Below, one piece after another: positions 23,220-37,248 of a stretch of DNA of 64,000 nucleotides. This DNA comes from Felis catus. Its lineage: Eukaryota. The DNA is taken from assembly GCF_018350175.1 (NCBI RefSeq), contig NC_058368.1, forward strand, positions 186,064,001 through 186,128,000, written 5' to 3'. Both the position numbers and the translations under genes were made by a program. The notes under the pieces are model-generated. The model saw only the letters and a list, made by a program, of their open reading frames with translations, had not been told where the DNA came from and ran no database searches. Within the stretch, counting starts at the first letter, position 1, and each line of letters opens with the position of its first letter.

Positions 23220-26011
23220 TGTCACAACAATTTTATTTTTTATTTATTATGAATTTAATTAGTTATTGTCTGACCCTGTTTTCCAAAATAGTTCTGTATT
23301 GGAAGAGTTTTAAAATCATATTCTTAGGCATAACGAGAAAATTGTGATGGAATTTTGAACAGTGTTCAATCTGAAAGGGATCTCAAAGATCATCTGTTAT
23401 AATCTTCCCATTATATGAAAGGGGAAACTGAGTTCTGAAAGGGTTGTGTTATTTGACCCTGTTCTCATAGGTAGAAAAGAATCCCAGCATCCTGAATTTC
23501 CCATCTATATATGGATAAATTTGTCCCTGATGGTGAGATCAATAAATGGCGAGTGGTGTCAAACTGACTTTCCACAGGAGGGTAAATAACCATTATTTCA
23601 GGGGCTCAGAAAAATCTTCTATATTAAGAGATGCCCCTGATTTATTACGGACAGCATGCCTTAACACTTAAGATATCAGGTGCCAGACTCAGAAACATTT
23701 CAACTGGAAATCTGCATTTGTCATATCAGGTGTTTACTCTTTTAGTTTACTTAACCTGAGATATGGCTTCCCCGTTCTACATAATAGGAATAATTATCAG
23801 AGTAGTCCGTAAGAACGGTTTCCGAGGCTTAGGAAACACAAATATGAAAATATTGGATTTCCCAATCTACAGTTTTGGTAATGTCAAAGTTCACTTGTCT
23901 TTTTAAGAGGTACACATTACAAATTTTGTACACATTACAAAATTTGCTTCCAATTCTTAGTCTACAGAGCAGTTTCAGCACAAGATAAGGAATGAAGATA
24001 GATCATTTCTATTTTTTGACAACTTTGCTGATAATTTCATCCCATACTCCTGTATACAAACAATCCATGTGGAAGTTGTAAGAGTCATTATCAAATGTAC
24101 TTTCCAACTGAAGTTTACCCAGTAGCTGATATTACTATCAAACTTCATTTACTGGGGACTTCACAACACAAGCTTGAACTGATAATTAATAAAATATGGA
24201 TATATTTAATAAAATAATTATAATTTAATTAAATATATTTAATAATACATCCAATTTAATATGAATTAATTAAAATCAATTAATAAAAGATCATTTCGAA
24301 TGATAGTTTTACAGTTCTACAAAACTATAAGTTCATCCAATCAATAGAACAGAAATTATGGAACCAGGAATCCAGCACTTTATTTCGTGTATCTGTTTAA
24401 TTTTTTTAAATCTATATAGCCTCTGATTGCCATTTTATTTTGTCTTACATAGTAGTAACAGGCAGGATTCCACCTTGCTTTATTGGAGACCAAAGAGCTA
24501 TAATACCCCTCTTCCCATGCCCGGGGAAGTGGGGCACAAGCAGTGGACTCCAGAGTAGTCAGCACATACTTTTACATTTGATCCAAAATGAATGGCTGAG
24601 TTAGAAATTAATCAAGGTAGTATAAGTAATTAGTATCAAGTATTAATACTATTCCTAAAATATTCCCTGTTACCATATCTCCTTGATGTTCTCCAAGAAG
24701 ATTTTGACTAGAAAGAACATTGTCACAGTATAGAAGGCAACAACGTTAAATCTAAAATCAGCTCTTAAGGTTCATTTAATCCAACCTCCCCACCCCCTGT
24801 GACTTTACACAGGTTATCTCAATTTGCTGCATCTTACATATTTCTAATCATTATATAGAAATAAAAATAATCCTATATATACACAACCTTGGTAAAATTG
24901 TGGAAGAAATTGATATGTGTGAAACAACTTTTCAAATTCTGAAAACCCAATAGCCACTAACAACATCATGACAGGTTATTTTTTCCCAATTTCACACTCA
25001 AATAAAACATAGTTCCATATGGAGTGTTAACTTTTTATTCCATTCCATTCAGTACATTCACCTGACTTCTCTCACCTCTTAGTCTTATCCTTTTATGAGG
25101 ACTAAGAATCTAAAAACAGCCAAGTAGGATGTGGGTCGTATGATATTTGTAGAGAAACTTGAGTGAGACACACTTCTATATTTAAAGTGAAAATTCTTTG
25201 GCCTGATTAAAAGAAGGCAAACCTAGCCAGAGACCTCTCCTTTTATTTTTATTTTTTTTAAACTCCTAAGTCCAGATTAATGTTTTAGGGTTTAGATCAG
25301 GGCAGGAGGTGGGTAGGTAGAATAGGATGATGAGGAAATATTAAAGGTAAAGGAAGTCTTTAGTAGTATCTTAAGAGATCAATAGATAAATCTATGCTCT
25401 TATAAACTACTTTTCTACTATTTTTATAGAGAATAAGTATGCTCAAAGTTTCACTTCAGTTTGTTTCTCTGCACATTCTTCCACCCCATAATAGATCCTA
25501 ATATTCTACTGGGATATCCTATATTCTCTAATTACTATACCCTTTTAGGAAAAGGTAAAGAATAGAACAACTTACAACAGCATTTCTCAAAGTCTATTAC
25601 CCAAATCAGTAATCCCATGGAATGATACTCCAAAGGGGAAAAGAAACCAGAATCAAATACATTTAAGGAAAAATGTGTACATGATTTCCTGCTTAGGAGA
25701 ATCACATGGCTTAGGTTTTGCATCCTCTAAAATAATCTGTACTAAAGAAACTTATCACCTTTGTTTGATAATGTATTTCCCAAAATTGTTTGCCCATGAA
25801 AGCCTATTGTGCAGAACTTGTGTTAGGTGGAATCAGCTTTATGATGGTTAAATAAGTGAGCACTGCTTAAATCTCCAGCCTTAGGCTACACATGGGATGT
25901 AGACTTTGACCTGTAATACAGGAGGGACAAACCTATGTGAGTTGACTGTACCACTTTCTACTACCCACACCTCTCCTTTGAGGCCTGATAGCTTTGACTT
26001 CCCTGTGACAG

Positions 26012-26118
26012 ACGACAATTCACCATGTAGTAATAGTGATAGGTCATCAGTCAGGTCCAGTGAATTCATCAAACATACTTCACAGCTCTTGAATGGAAAA
26101 ATGGCGTCTCAAATGGAT
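26012..26118 (+). other. Candidate 107-nt exon (gene unknown)
   Basis: Acceptor tttgacttccctgtgacAG and donor GAT|GTAAGT. One frame reads DNSPCSNSDRSSVRSSEFIKHTSQLLNGKMASQMD. Contains aaaATGG in good Kozak context at 26101. Confidence 0.25.
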
Positions 26119-26499
26119 GTAAGTGTTGACCTGTTTCGGTGCCTTCCATGTGTAGGGTGTGTGCATGCACACAAACACAAACACACACGTGCACATCTAC
26201 TCCAAAAGAACTACGGACTTAAATTTGGTTAAGAACCTGCTTCTTTGAGAATCATGATGATATAAATTCTAGTTCTTATCAGTTTTTTTTTAATATTCTT
26301 TATGCCAGAAAGATCTAGGGATAGGCAAAGCTTGAGTCAACAACTTAACTACACCACAGATGAAAAATAGGTAATGAGAGTAGCTAATGCCGGGGATCCC
26401 AAGTAATACTCTTGGTTTGTTTGTTTGTTTCTCTTTTTAAAATTTTGTTCTGAGTTTTAATTTTTATTTAATCAAAAATACCTATTTTAAACACAAATG

Positions 26500-26882
26500 T
26501 TGCCCAGTTTTCTATCATTTTTCATGAAATAATTTTTAAATTCAATATTCAGTAGATACAAATTGAATATATGTGCAATATATGTAAGGGTAAATAATAA
26601 AGATAATGGCAATCCCTTGTGGGCACAGAACTCAGTTTCATTAAAAGATTATTAACAATACCCTAAAGTTCTCTATATGCCCAATTCCTTTTCCGTCTCT
26701 TTCCCTACATCCTTAGAACAGACACTATATTGAATTTCTTTACTGTTTCTTTGTTCTTTTTTAACTGTTCATGTTTATATCCCTAAACATTTTGTTTCAG
26801 TTGAAATATATCTTAATGGAGTTACACTGTTATTCTCCACTTTTTAAACTCAATTTACATTTTATGATTTATCCAATATTGT

Positions 26883-26914
<32 letters not shown>

Positions 26915-27230
26915 GTTCTAGAGTGGTCTATTGAAATACGATATCACAAATACTTTAACAATTCTAATATTGGTAATTATTTAGATTATTCACTGTTCAA
27001 TTACAAAATAACTCTTTCATAAACATTCTTGGATATTTTTTCTGGTGCACATAAACAAGGATTGAGAATACATGGGGCATATACTTAGGAATGGAAAATA
27101 GTGGACATGTAGTTTATGTAAACTCAGTGCTATCAGGTAACACTAAATTATTTTTCAAAGTCATTATATAAACTTTTTCCCCCACCAGCAATATATCTAT
27201 TAGCTCAACGATGTCACTGACATTTGGCAT
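26500..27230 (-). mobile_element. Ancient L1 3' region (L1ME-like), containing (TCTA)n at 26884-26912
   Basis: cataaacattcttg…ttctggtgcacat…atacttaggaatgg…ttttcaaagt…cccaccagcaata. Confidence 0.65.
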
Positions 27231-27242
27231 TATCTACTCACA

Positions 27243-27426
27243 CTTTTTTGGGGGGCAGAGAGCACAAGTAGGGGAGAAGAGCAGAGAGAGAAGGAGAGAA
27301 TCTCAAGCAGGCTCCATGCTCTGTGTGTGTAGCCTGATGTGGGGCTCAAACCCACGAACCATGAGATCATGACCTGAGTTGAAATCAGGGTTGGATGCTT
27401 AACGAACTGAGCCACTTAGGAGCCCC
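27243..27426 (-). mobile_element. Can-SINE
   Basis: gagaatctcaagcaggctcc…gagatcatgacctgag…gagcccc. Confidence 0.92.
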
Positions 27427-28823
27427 AACTGCTTAGGATTTTTGTAAGAAGTATTGAGATTACCAGTTGATAGTTTCTAATCAGTGATTAAGTCTATCAT
27501 CTTTACCCCTTCATTTAGAAAACATTTACATTCATCAGCTCACACTCCTCATAAAAAACTCATACATAAATGTGAATGCAAGGGAGTTCACTTCCTATGA
27601 GAGGTGTATCCTTTGCTAATGTAATTACTAAATGTATTATATTTAATGAGAAACATATTCAATTATTTATCACTAAATATGCCCTAAAAATTAAAAGACA
27701 AAATGGGAAATAAAAATACAATGCTAACCAGCAGGTATACTTAATGCATGGGAAAAATCATAATCCATCATTATTTCTTTGTGTTTGCTTTAAAAACCAC
27801 TGCATCTGAATATATTTAAAATGATCTTTAAAAGAGAATACTTGTAAAGTTTACTTACATCTTTCTACCTATAGATAAGTTTATAAATGAATGATAATTC
27901 AAGTATGGCTGGCATACCTTGTAATTAATAATTAATATGTCTTCCTTCCTCCCTTCCCTCTCCGTTTCTCTCAATAAATGTGTTTAGTGGTTTACAAACA
28001 AACAGACATTATGCTAGGTCCTAATCTAAATATATGCTTATTTAAAAATAGTTTTATATTCTAGAACAATTTTAAAGCAATGTTTAAAAATATCTGTACA
28101 TATTTTTAAAATATCTGTACATCTATTTTTTTTTAAATCTTCTGTATAGGCAGGGAGTGGTAAAGGGAAGCTGTGTACTTTATTAAAAAATATACTGATC
28201 CTCCAATCACAATTTCTCAGTTGTTTAACAAATGACCTATAGGTCTTATGTAAAGTGCTTCTCTGCTTAGCAACTCTATTTCCCATACAGAAAGAGAGGA
28301 TTGACTTTCTGGAATTCATAAAACGTAGTACAAGATACTCTTTCCCTGTTGAAGGAATTAAAGTTTCAGTTTGTTATTATAAACAAAAAATGTAAATTAT
28401 GAATACTTATTAATTTCAAATGTAAACCTTTCAAGCCATATGTAGAATTAAGACAAAATATAATGCATTCTTCCCAGTAGGTGGTACATCTGGAAAATCT
28501 CGATTGAGGAGAAGTGGACAAGCAGGCATTTAAAAAATTACCCTTGTGATCCATTGACTGAAAAGCAACAAAAAACCAAGCAATTTACAATGAATATATA
28601 TATATACACTTGACATATATACATATGATTATATATTTATTACCCCTAAATGAGATATATATACATATATATGCCCACATCTATATCTCTCTATATATAC
28701 CTGAATATATCATTGATATGTATACTATATATATTCATTGATTATATATAATCATATATAATTGTACATATTATTTCCATAGGTTAAATTCCTGATATTG
28801 GTAGTTAAGTCCATGGAAGTACA

Positions 28824-29020
28824 CTTTTTTTTAATATTTATTTTGATAGAGAAAGGACACATGTACAGGTGGGGGAGGGGCACAGAGAGAGAGAGGAAGA
28901 GAGAATCCCAAGCAGTCTTCACACTGTCAGAACAGAGCCCAACCCCACAAACTGTGAACTGTGAGATCATGACCGAAATCAAGAGTTGGACACTCAGATG
29001 ACTGAGTCATTCAGACACCC
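28824..29020 (-). mobile_element. Can-SINE
   Basis: gagaatcccaagcag…gtgagatcatgacc…cagacaccc. Confidence 0.9.
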
Positions 29021-31244
29021 TAAAGGAGGTGTACTTTTTAAAGTATTTAAAGTTACTTGCTGAAAATTATCTAAAAAATGTCCCGTGATTTATATTACCA
29101 CATTACCACTGATTATATTTGAGATACAATATCAGGCTATTTTGAGCTGAGAATTAACAGAAAGTATTGATTTCAGTTTATTTAATAAGAAAATTCATAA
29201 TTTCCCATTACTGGAAGTTACAGAAAATAAAGAGTTGTTTTCCACAATAAAAATATTTAAATAAATAACTCAACTCTCACTACATTACAGGGTGTTACAT
29301 TTCTGGAGTTTTTATTTCAACTCCATTTGTGAATTTGTGCATAATTATTTATCTACTTTTAACATACAAAGTGGAGGAGGGATAAGAGATCAGAGATGTA
29401 GATAGACAATCCTGAGTAAATCGTTAGACAATATGTAACTCAAGCTATCTGGTTTGCCTATGCCCCATTGGAAATACTCTTGTGTTCATGTGGGTGTTGT
29501 GGGAGGAGAGGGTTAGGAGATAGACAGCTAAGTTTTCATATAAATGCTGAGATGCTGAATTATTCCAGGGATTTCACATAACTGAATAAATTAGCTGAAG
29601 TTACTTGGTAGGCAAATGAAGTCACACATGATTCTCAGAAGATTCTTGAAGAAGAAAGCCTCACTATTTAAGATCGTTACAAAGAGGTAGCAAGTGAAGA
29701 AAAACAAGAAACTTATTTTTCGAATAACCATCCCTAACGGATCTTACAAAGAATGTGCTAGAGAAACAGAGGATTGAACATCATGATGACTGTTCAGAGA
29801 AGATATAAAGGAGTTAACAAAAAAGAAATTTTGGTTACCAAATCTTGCCTTTAGCAATTGTTCATTGTATACGGCACCTGTCATATCTTGTCTCTTTTAT
29901 AGATTTTGAGCTTTAGTTTGGAAATACAGCTATTTCAAAGCCATGTACACATGCCATAGAGAATAAAGGTTTGGCTATGCTTCCCCAATAAGGCCTAAGC
30001 ACTAGTGAAGTGAAATTCTTTGCACTAAATCTGCAGTTACACCTTGTCCAAGCTAACACAAAATAATTAAAGGAAGCAAAGAGAGCCAGTGGTGCTATTC
30101 TTGCCTTAAGAGATTACATCACCTCAATTAATCAGAAGCAAAAATGTGCATTACCTTTTTGGTAGTAAGAATATAAATATCATTTTAATCATAGTTTGAC
30201 CATAGTAAAATAACACATGATCACAATTTGCAATGATATTTCAGAATTTTAATAGGTGTTGGGTGTTTTGTCCTCCAAACTAGCAATGTTCCCAAAGCCT
30301 TTCCTGTCAGTGGCACATTTTCTCTTGTGTAAGGCAAGGTTTTAACTGCCTCGATTCACAAAAGTTTTTATATGATGCTATCAGGTACTACCTGGAAACA
30401 TTACAAATAAAAAACTTAATTTGAGGTTACCTTAATAAAGGTCTAATAAATAATATAAATTTTAGGTATATAAATAAATAGTATATAAATATAGCAATGT
30501 ATTGCCATTGTGAGATGCATTTTGTGTGTGTCTATCTAGTTTTGGTATGAATGCTTTTTCATTATATTATAAGGTAAACTTTAGCAAAGTGTTTGGTTCA
30601 TACAAGCTGTTAATGATTATTTAAATGAAGAAAACCAATTAAACAATAGTGCCTAAGTGACTACTGGGTATTCTGAAGACGTTTCTCCCATCTGCCTGGT
30701 TGATTAACGTTTTTCCTAACACAATAGGGAAAAAAAGAGACTCACCATCATCTCATGAATTGACATACCTCTTCCACTAAGCAGATCTCTTTCCTTTATT
30801 AGAACCATGTTCAACAAGACTAACAATGGCAACAGAGGCTCTTTGAAATGGTAAGGAATAGCAGTGGAAAAAGTAATCACTTTTACTTTGAAGTTATGCT
30901 ATCACAGGAGACAATTATCCTTTGCAAGCAAATATTCTTACTGTAAAGCAGTATCTATAATAAAAAAAATAGCAATAGAAGGATGCATCTCCTTTTGAGG
31001 AGCTCAAAGACTCTTCCCCTGAAGCAGTAATACAGAAATGGAGAGCAAATCTCAATTTGAATTAAGCAAACCCAAGGCTTGACAGGTATGAAATTTAGGC
31101 TTTAAAATGCAGGTGAGTTATACATTTTATCAACTGCAATGTTACTTTGACTAGAAAGGCCTCACTGACCATGCTATCTAAATTTCATTCCATTTGTAGC
31201 ATATTTCATAATTTTCATAGAACTCATCACTATTAGAAATTATC

Positions 31245-31440
31245 TTTTTTTTATGTTTATTTATTCTTGAGAGAGACAGAACAGGAGAAGAGCAGAAGGG
31301 AGACACAGGACTGTCTCACTGAGACAGAGCTGTGTCACTGAGCTGTCAGCACAGAGCCCGACATGGGGCTCAAACTCTCGAGCCATGAGATTATGACCTG
31401 AGCCGAAGTCAGACACTTAACTGAGCCACACAGGCACTCC
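31245..31440 (-). mobile_element. Can-SINE inserted into an L2 fragment (~31150-31610, +)
   Basis: TSD actatta(g/a)aaattatc at 31229 and 31441. Confidence 0.9.
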
Positions 31441-31628
31441 ACTATTAAAAATTATCATAATTATTTTTCTTATTATCCTTATTGTCAGTCTTCTTTACTA
31501 GAACGTGATTTCCCTAAGAGAGGTATTTTGTCTGTCTTATACATTTCTAATGGCCAGGAGATCTGCATTCAGTAGATATTTGTTAAAGGAATTAACAAAT
31601 GAGTGAATGAAATAATGAAAATGAACAT

Positions 31629-32206
31629 TGATGTGGAAATGTTGTGTTGGGGTTTGGAGCCAAAGACCAAGAAAGAATTCTTGAGACATCTTCAGGGCGA
31701 AAAGGTGGCTTTTATTAAAGCATGGGGATGGAACCCGTGCGCAGAAAGAGCTACAATGAGATTGTGACAGGTGACTGATTATATACCTCCAGGTTGGTAG
31801 GGAATTAGGGATAGCGGGTTGTAAGAAATTTTGAAAGTAAGGTTTCCAGGATCTTGAAGGGGTTAGCTGTTGTTAGCAAAGGTCGTTTACTACTTTCTAG
31901 TAAACCCTCAGTCATGAGACCCTTTCAATGTAGATCAGTGGGCTATAAGCTTGGAGTAGTATTGTCAACATTTACCTTGGGGGCAAGAGGTAGAGATAAA
32001 GGACATTTCAAAGGAATTTTTATATGTTAAAGTAGATTTATAGGCTGGGGGCGGGTGTGGTCAGCTAAGATTGCCTTTTGCCCTTAGCTGCATCACTGAA
32101 GCAGCTTGAGCTCCTAGAGGATGGTCACTCTGCCTGTATCAAGTACTTGTCAATGGGCTGTAAGTGGCAAAGAAATTTGTTTCTTTTGCCTTTGTTTTCC
32201 ACATCA
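31629..32206 (-). mobile_element. Solo LTR (carnivore ERV type), 578 bp
   Basis: TG…CA ends with a perfect 11-bp inverted repeat tgatgtggaaa/tttccacatca, a 5-bp direct repeat aacat on both sides, minus-strand AATAAA at ~31712-31717 and TATA-like ttatata at ~31780. Confidence 0.85.
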
Positions 32207-32399
32207 AACATCACATCCAAGTGGAGGTAGATTAGAAGTGGTCTTGCTCTCTGTGACTTAATTGTCTAGCCAAAAAAACCAGTTGAACTAAATTTGCATA
32301 ACAGTGAAGTTAGCTCAGAAGCAAAATGGCAAGGTTTTGAGATCCCTAGCCTTGAATCCAGAGGGATGTGGGGTAAACACTGCTTTTAGACTAGTTCAT

Positions 32400-32560
32400 T
32401 GCTTTGGACTAGCTTGCAACTGTGATGAATCACCTAACCATCTTGGGTCACAGTTTCATTTGGTTCACAATGGGGATAAAACATTATCAGATATTGGAAG
32501 ATTTAAAATAGATAATTTATGCAGTGTTTGGTATTTTATTAAGTACTCAATAAGTGGTAG
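32400..32560 (+). mobile_element. MIR fragment
   Basis: ctgtga…tcacctaacc…cagtttcatt…aatggggataa…agtactcaataagtggtagct. Confidence 0.65.
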
Positions 32561-33789
32561 CTCTGAGAATTTTTATTAGGAATCTGTGGGGTTCCTCCTG
32601 TACAAAGTGAGTTCATATATCCATAGGTCATCGATTACAACATGTCAAATTGAATTTTCCTCAGTGTCCTTTAATCTTTAATTCTACATGTCAGAGTTTA
32701 TATCTAGAATGGGCACATCAGTTATACCACATGTAAGGAGTTGACACTATACTTAGGTAGACTTTAAATACTTTCTTTTAAGAGGCAATTTAACCAACTC
32801 TATTTTGGAGACATTTCAAAGCTTTCTTCTGCATGAATGTACCTCAGGCAGTTACAGCAAGGGAGGTCTCTTTGTGCTAGCTTGATATTCTTTCTTTATT
32901 TCATATTGGATTGAGCTCACCGGAGCTAAGTGATAAATCAAGGACATTTACTTGAAATTGGTTTGTGATTTTACAAATGCAATGCTGGTAAAATTAAAAC
33001 AAGTCATTTGTATTTAACATCCACAAACATGACTTCAGAGTGGAGAAAAAGGATGTGAACTGAATTAAGTCAGAATTTGAATGCCTACATGACCTTGACA
33101 CTTAACTTTTGCATTTGATTGACTTTTGTGGGCTTTCCCCCCAATTCTTTCTAGCTACTTAGGGAGAAATATTACTTATTTGCTTTGGGCTTGGAAAACA
33201 CCTTCCTGAAAGAACAGAACTTGTATACTAAGATATTGAAATTAAAAACTCTATTAAGTAACTTTTCTTCTCAAGTACCATTATTACTTAAGCCCTAGAA
33301 CACAACACTCCCAGAAGGCATCTTTGTTATATATTCTTACATACAGATACTCTTACAGAAACGATCAGGAGAAGGTAACAGGCTCTACCAAATGAGTATC
33401 TCTCAATTATACATGCTAATGGACATAGGGAATAGTTCAGAGAATTTCAAACATCAAGCAAGCTTCAAATTATTGTTCTTATATATTGTTCTGATGAAAT
33501 TATATATTTCTCTGATCAGAAAATATCTAAGTTTTTTGCTAATCAAATGAGAAAAGACAGTAAATTAAAAAGCTCTAAACAAAAAGACTTGCTATTGTTG
33601 TAAACCTTTATTTTTTTTAAGGCAGAGAGATTATATAACTTCTTTGGATGAAGTGAAACAATATGTAAAGATTCCCCCAGTATCTCTTACTTTTGCCTTC
33701 ATTTCCACCCCTTTCTCTTCTTAACGTTATGCCTCACATCTTTCTTTGAGGTCAGCAGAGGAAATTTAGCACTGTGATTTAAGGAAGAT

Positions 33790-33973
33790 TTGTTTGTTTA
33801 TTAAAGTTTATTTATTTTGAGAAAGAGAGACAGAGTTATGGGCAGAGAGAGAATCCCAAGAAGACTCCATGCTCAGTACTGAGCCCAATACGGAGCTCCA
33901 TCCTAAGACCATGAGATCATGACCTGAGCAGAAATCAAGAGTCAGGTGTTTGACTGATCCACCCAGTCACCCC
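33790..33973 (-). mobile_element. Can-SINE
   Basis: gagaatcccaag…gagatcatgacctgagcagaaatcaagagtc. Confidence 0.9.
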
Positions 33974-34676
33974 AATTTTTTTTTAATATTTAGACTATAA
34001 GCTTCATATGGAAATAAGATTAAGAGAAGACTATTGGTTCTGACAAAGCTGGAGTAGCTGTCATCAGACCATCCCACTATTAAAAATATATAAACTGTAA
34101 AAGCTGGTGAGAGTATTTAAAAGAAATCAGTTGTCTGCTGTTTGGTATACTCTGGATAGCAGGTGCCATTATTGAGAGAAGGGATACATAGATGTTAAAC
34201 TCCACTATTACCTTGGCTTTTCCACTGAGAGAATGTTGTAACAACAGGGTCAGCAAATAGACTCCCCATCTTTTATTATTGAACTATTTGTCAATCCTTG
34301 TTCTAAAATGTGGCACAGGAACATAGGTTCCAAGCAGAGTAGTGGTCTCAACCAGCAGAGGACATAGAGTTGGAGTTCAGGGCTGCCCTCAGAGCTGGGG
34401 TTTGGGAAATCTGGCCATACAGAGAAAGAAGCAGGGAAGGAGCTTTAGAATCCTATATAAACGACTATTCTTGGCTTCTTTACCAACCCCTATGCTATAC
34501 ATACATAGCAGTAGATTTGAGGAGGCCTAGAAGTGAGAACCACTTAGAGGCTGGAGATGTGGACAAGTCTTTCAGAGTTTTTACAATATTGGGAGAAAGA
34601 ACTTTTAGTCTGAGCCCAGCTACTGAGAAACCCAGGAAGGGCATGGCCTAGGAATAAGGATTGTGCCCTAAGTTTA

Positions 34677-34900
34677 TTATTGTTGTTGTTTTTAATTTTT
34701 TTAATGTTTATTTTTGAGAGAGAGAGAGAGAGAGAGAGACAGAATGTGAGTGGGAGGGGCAGAAAGACCAGGAAGCACAGAATCAGGAGAAGGCTCCAGG
34801 CTCTGGGCTGACAGCTCAGAGCCCACATGGGGCTGGAACACAGGAAAGGTGAGATCATGACCTGACCCAAGGTCCAACACTTAATCGACTGAGACACCCC
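34677..34900 (-). mobile_element. Can-SINE
   Basis: Perfect 19-bp TSD ggattgtgccctaagttta at 34658-34676 and 34902-34920. Confidence 0.95.
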
Positions 34901-35117
34901 TGGATTGTGCCCTAAGTTTAAGGGAAAAAATGAAATTGAGTCATCTCTCAAAAGCCTCAAAGTTTAACACTGTCAAGTTAATCTGCGTGTAATCTATCTG
35001 TCTGACATATTTTAAATACTCTTTAGAAGAAGGTAATATATATCAGCCACGTATCTTCCATGGTGCCCAATGCATGATATGTATATGATATATACATATA
35101 CACATATGTATATATTC

Positions 35118-35120
<3 letters not shown>

Positions 35121-35160
<40 letters not shown>
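35121..35160. repeat. (CA)n microsatellite
   Basis: Seen directly. Confidence 0.95.
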
Positions 35161-35166
<6 letters not shown>

Positions 35167-35470
35167 GGAAGAGAGTGACAAGTAATCAAGAGGAAAAAAG
35201 ATTCAGTCATAGCAAAATCAGTGATGTCTGAGATAGGAACTATAGACAAAGTCATCAGTCGAACTATAATCATATGATAAAGACACCTGAGAAAAGGATA
35301 AAAAAATGGATTAAAAAATACAGAATTTCAACAGATATAGAATTCATTTAAAACCATTAAATAGATATCCTAAGACTGCAAACTAAGAATTCTAAGAATT
35401 CTTCAGTTGGTTTTTAAGAGCAAACTGGACACAGAATAAAGCCCGATTTGTGAATTAAAAGACAAATTAA

Positions 35471-35685
35471 GGGGCGCCTGGGTGGCTTAGTGGGTTAAGC
35501 ATCCGACTTTGGCTCAGGTCATAATCTCGTGGTTTGTGAGTTCAAGCCCTGCATCAGGCTCTGTGCTGACAGCTCAGAGCCTGGAGCCTGCTTCAAATTC
35601 TGTGTTTCCCTCTCTCTCTGCTCCTCCCTGTTCATGCTCTGTCTCTCTCTCAAAAATAAATAAAAACATTTAAAACATTTTTAAA
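35471..35685 (+). mobile_element. Feliform Can-SINE
   Basis: ggggcgcctgggtggc head. TSD acaaattaa. Confidence 0.95.
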
Positions 35686-35797
35686 AAATCACACAAATTA
35701 ATAGAAAAGATCCAAACTGGAGTACAAACAGAAAGAAAATATTTAAATAGTATCTAAGTATCATATTACATAGTGTCTTTCAGTCAGTGTTCCTTTA

Positions 35798-36027
35798 TTT
35801 ATTTATTTTTTTTTATTTTTTTTTAACGTTTATTTATTTTTGAGACAGAGAGAGACAGAGTGTGAACAGGGGAGGGGCAGAGAGAGAGGGAGACACAGAA
35901 TCTGAAACAGGCTCCAGGCTCTGAGCTGTCAGCACAGAGCCTGACGCGGGGCTCGAACTCACAGACCTTGAGATCATGACCTGAGCCGAAGTCAGACGCT
36001 TAACCGACTGAGCCACCCAGGCGCCCC
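35798..36027 (-). mobile_element. Young feliform Can-SINE
   Basis: Perfect TSD cagtcagtgttccttta at 35781-35797 and 36028-36044. Confidence 0.97.
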
Positions 36028-36209
36028 CAGTCAGTGTTCCTTTAAAAAGAACTACTAGAGCGTAAATAATATTTGAAGAAATATTGTTCAATAATTTTCT
36101 TAATATGATGAAAATAACCCACAGATTCAAGAAATTCAGCAAATCCCATACAAAATAAATACAAAGAAATGACACCTAACTAAGTGATAGTTAGAAAGTA
36201 AACATCTCA

Positions 36210-36390
36210 GGGGCATCTGGGCTCAGTCAGTTAACCATCCAACTCTTGTTTTTGGCTCAGATCATGATCTTGCAGTTTGTGGGTTTGGGCCCACATCAAG
36301 CTCCATGCTGACAGTGCAGTCCCTGCTTGGGATTCTCTCTCACCCTGCACCTCTCTCTCTCTCTCGCAAAATAAACTTAAAAAATTAAAA
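36210..36390 (+). mobile_element. Can-SINE
   Basis: TSD agaaagta(a/g)acatctca. Confidence 0.92.
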
Positions 36391-37248
36391 AAGAAAGTAG
36401 ACATCTCAAATATAACCACATAAAAGTACATAAACAACAGAAAGCAGTAAGACTGACTGCAAACTTTTTAAGAAAGTCTTTGAAAGTACAAAGAATTTTT
36501 GAGTGTTAAAATAACAATACTGCCAACTTAGAATTCTGTTCAGGTAAAATATCCTTCAGTAATAAAAATGAGAGAAATGTTTCTTTTTTAAGATAAAAAA
36601 AAAAAAAGCAACACTGATATTTGATGAATTTATTGCCAGCAGAGCTAATTTACAAAAATTAGCAAAGGGACCTCTTCAGGTTAAAAGGAAAATGATCCCA
36701 AATGGAACCCTAGAATTTTAGGGGAAAAATACTAGAAAGGTAAAAATGATAATAAATACAAATGAAGATGAATAGTAGCTACTTAATAAAAGAAAAATAA
36801 TGTCTTGTGAAAGATATACTGAAAAATCATATTTAACACCAAAGATTGGAGGTGTGAAATGAAAATGAAGTGTTACAAGTTTCTTTTATTCCCTGAGAAG
36901 TGGTAATGAATGAATTCAATCAACAGTGTAATAAATCTAGGATGCACGTTTTAATTTATATGGTAACCACCAAAAGAATAAAATGAATAAAAAAATAAAG
37001 TGTTAATGAAGAGCTAATAAAGGAATAACATTAACACTGATTTTTTTCCCTTGGCTATGTTGACTACCAATGGGCCCATCAAAGGTATTATTTCTTGCTC
37101 TTACACTTTTTTTGTTTGTTTGTTTGTTTGTTTGTTTTTTATTCATAGCATTTCCCTTTGACTTCTTTTAGAATTTCCATCTCTCTACTTGTATCACCCA
37201 TCTGTTATTGCATTTGGTCTACTTTTCCATTATATAAAAGGTATACTT

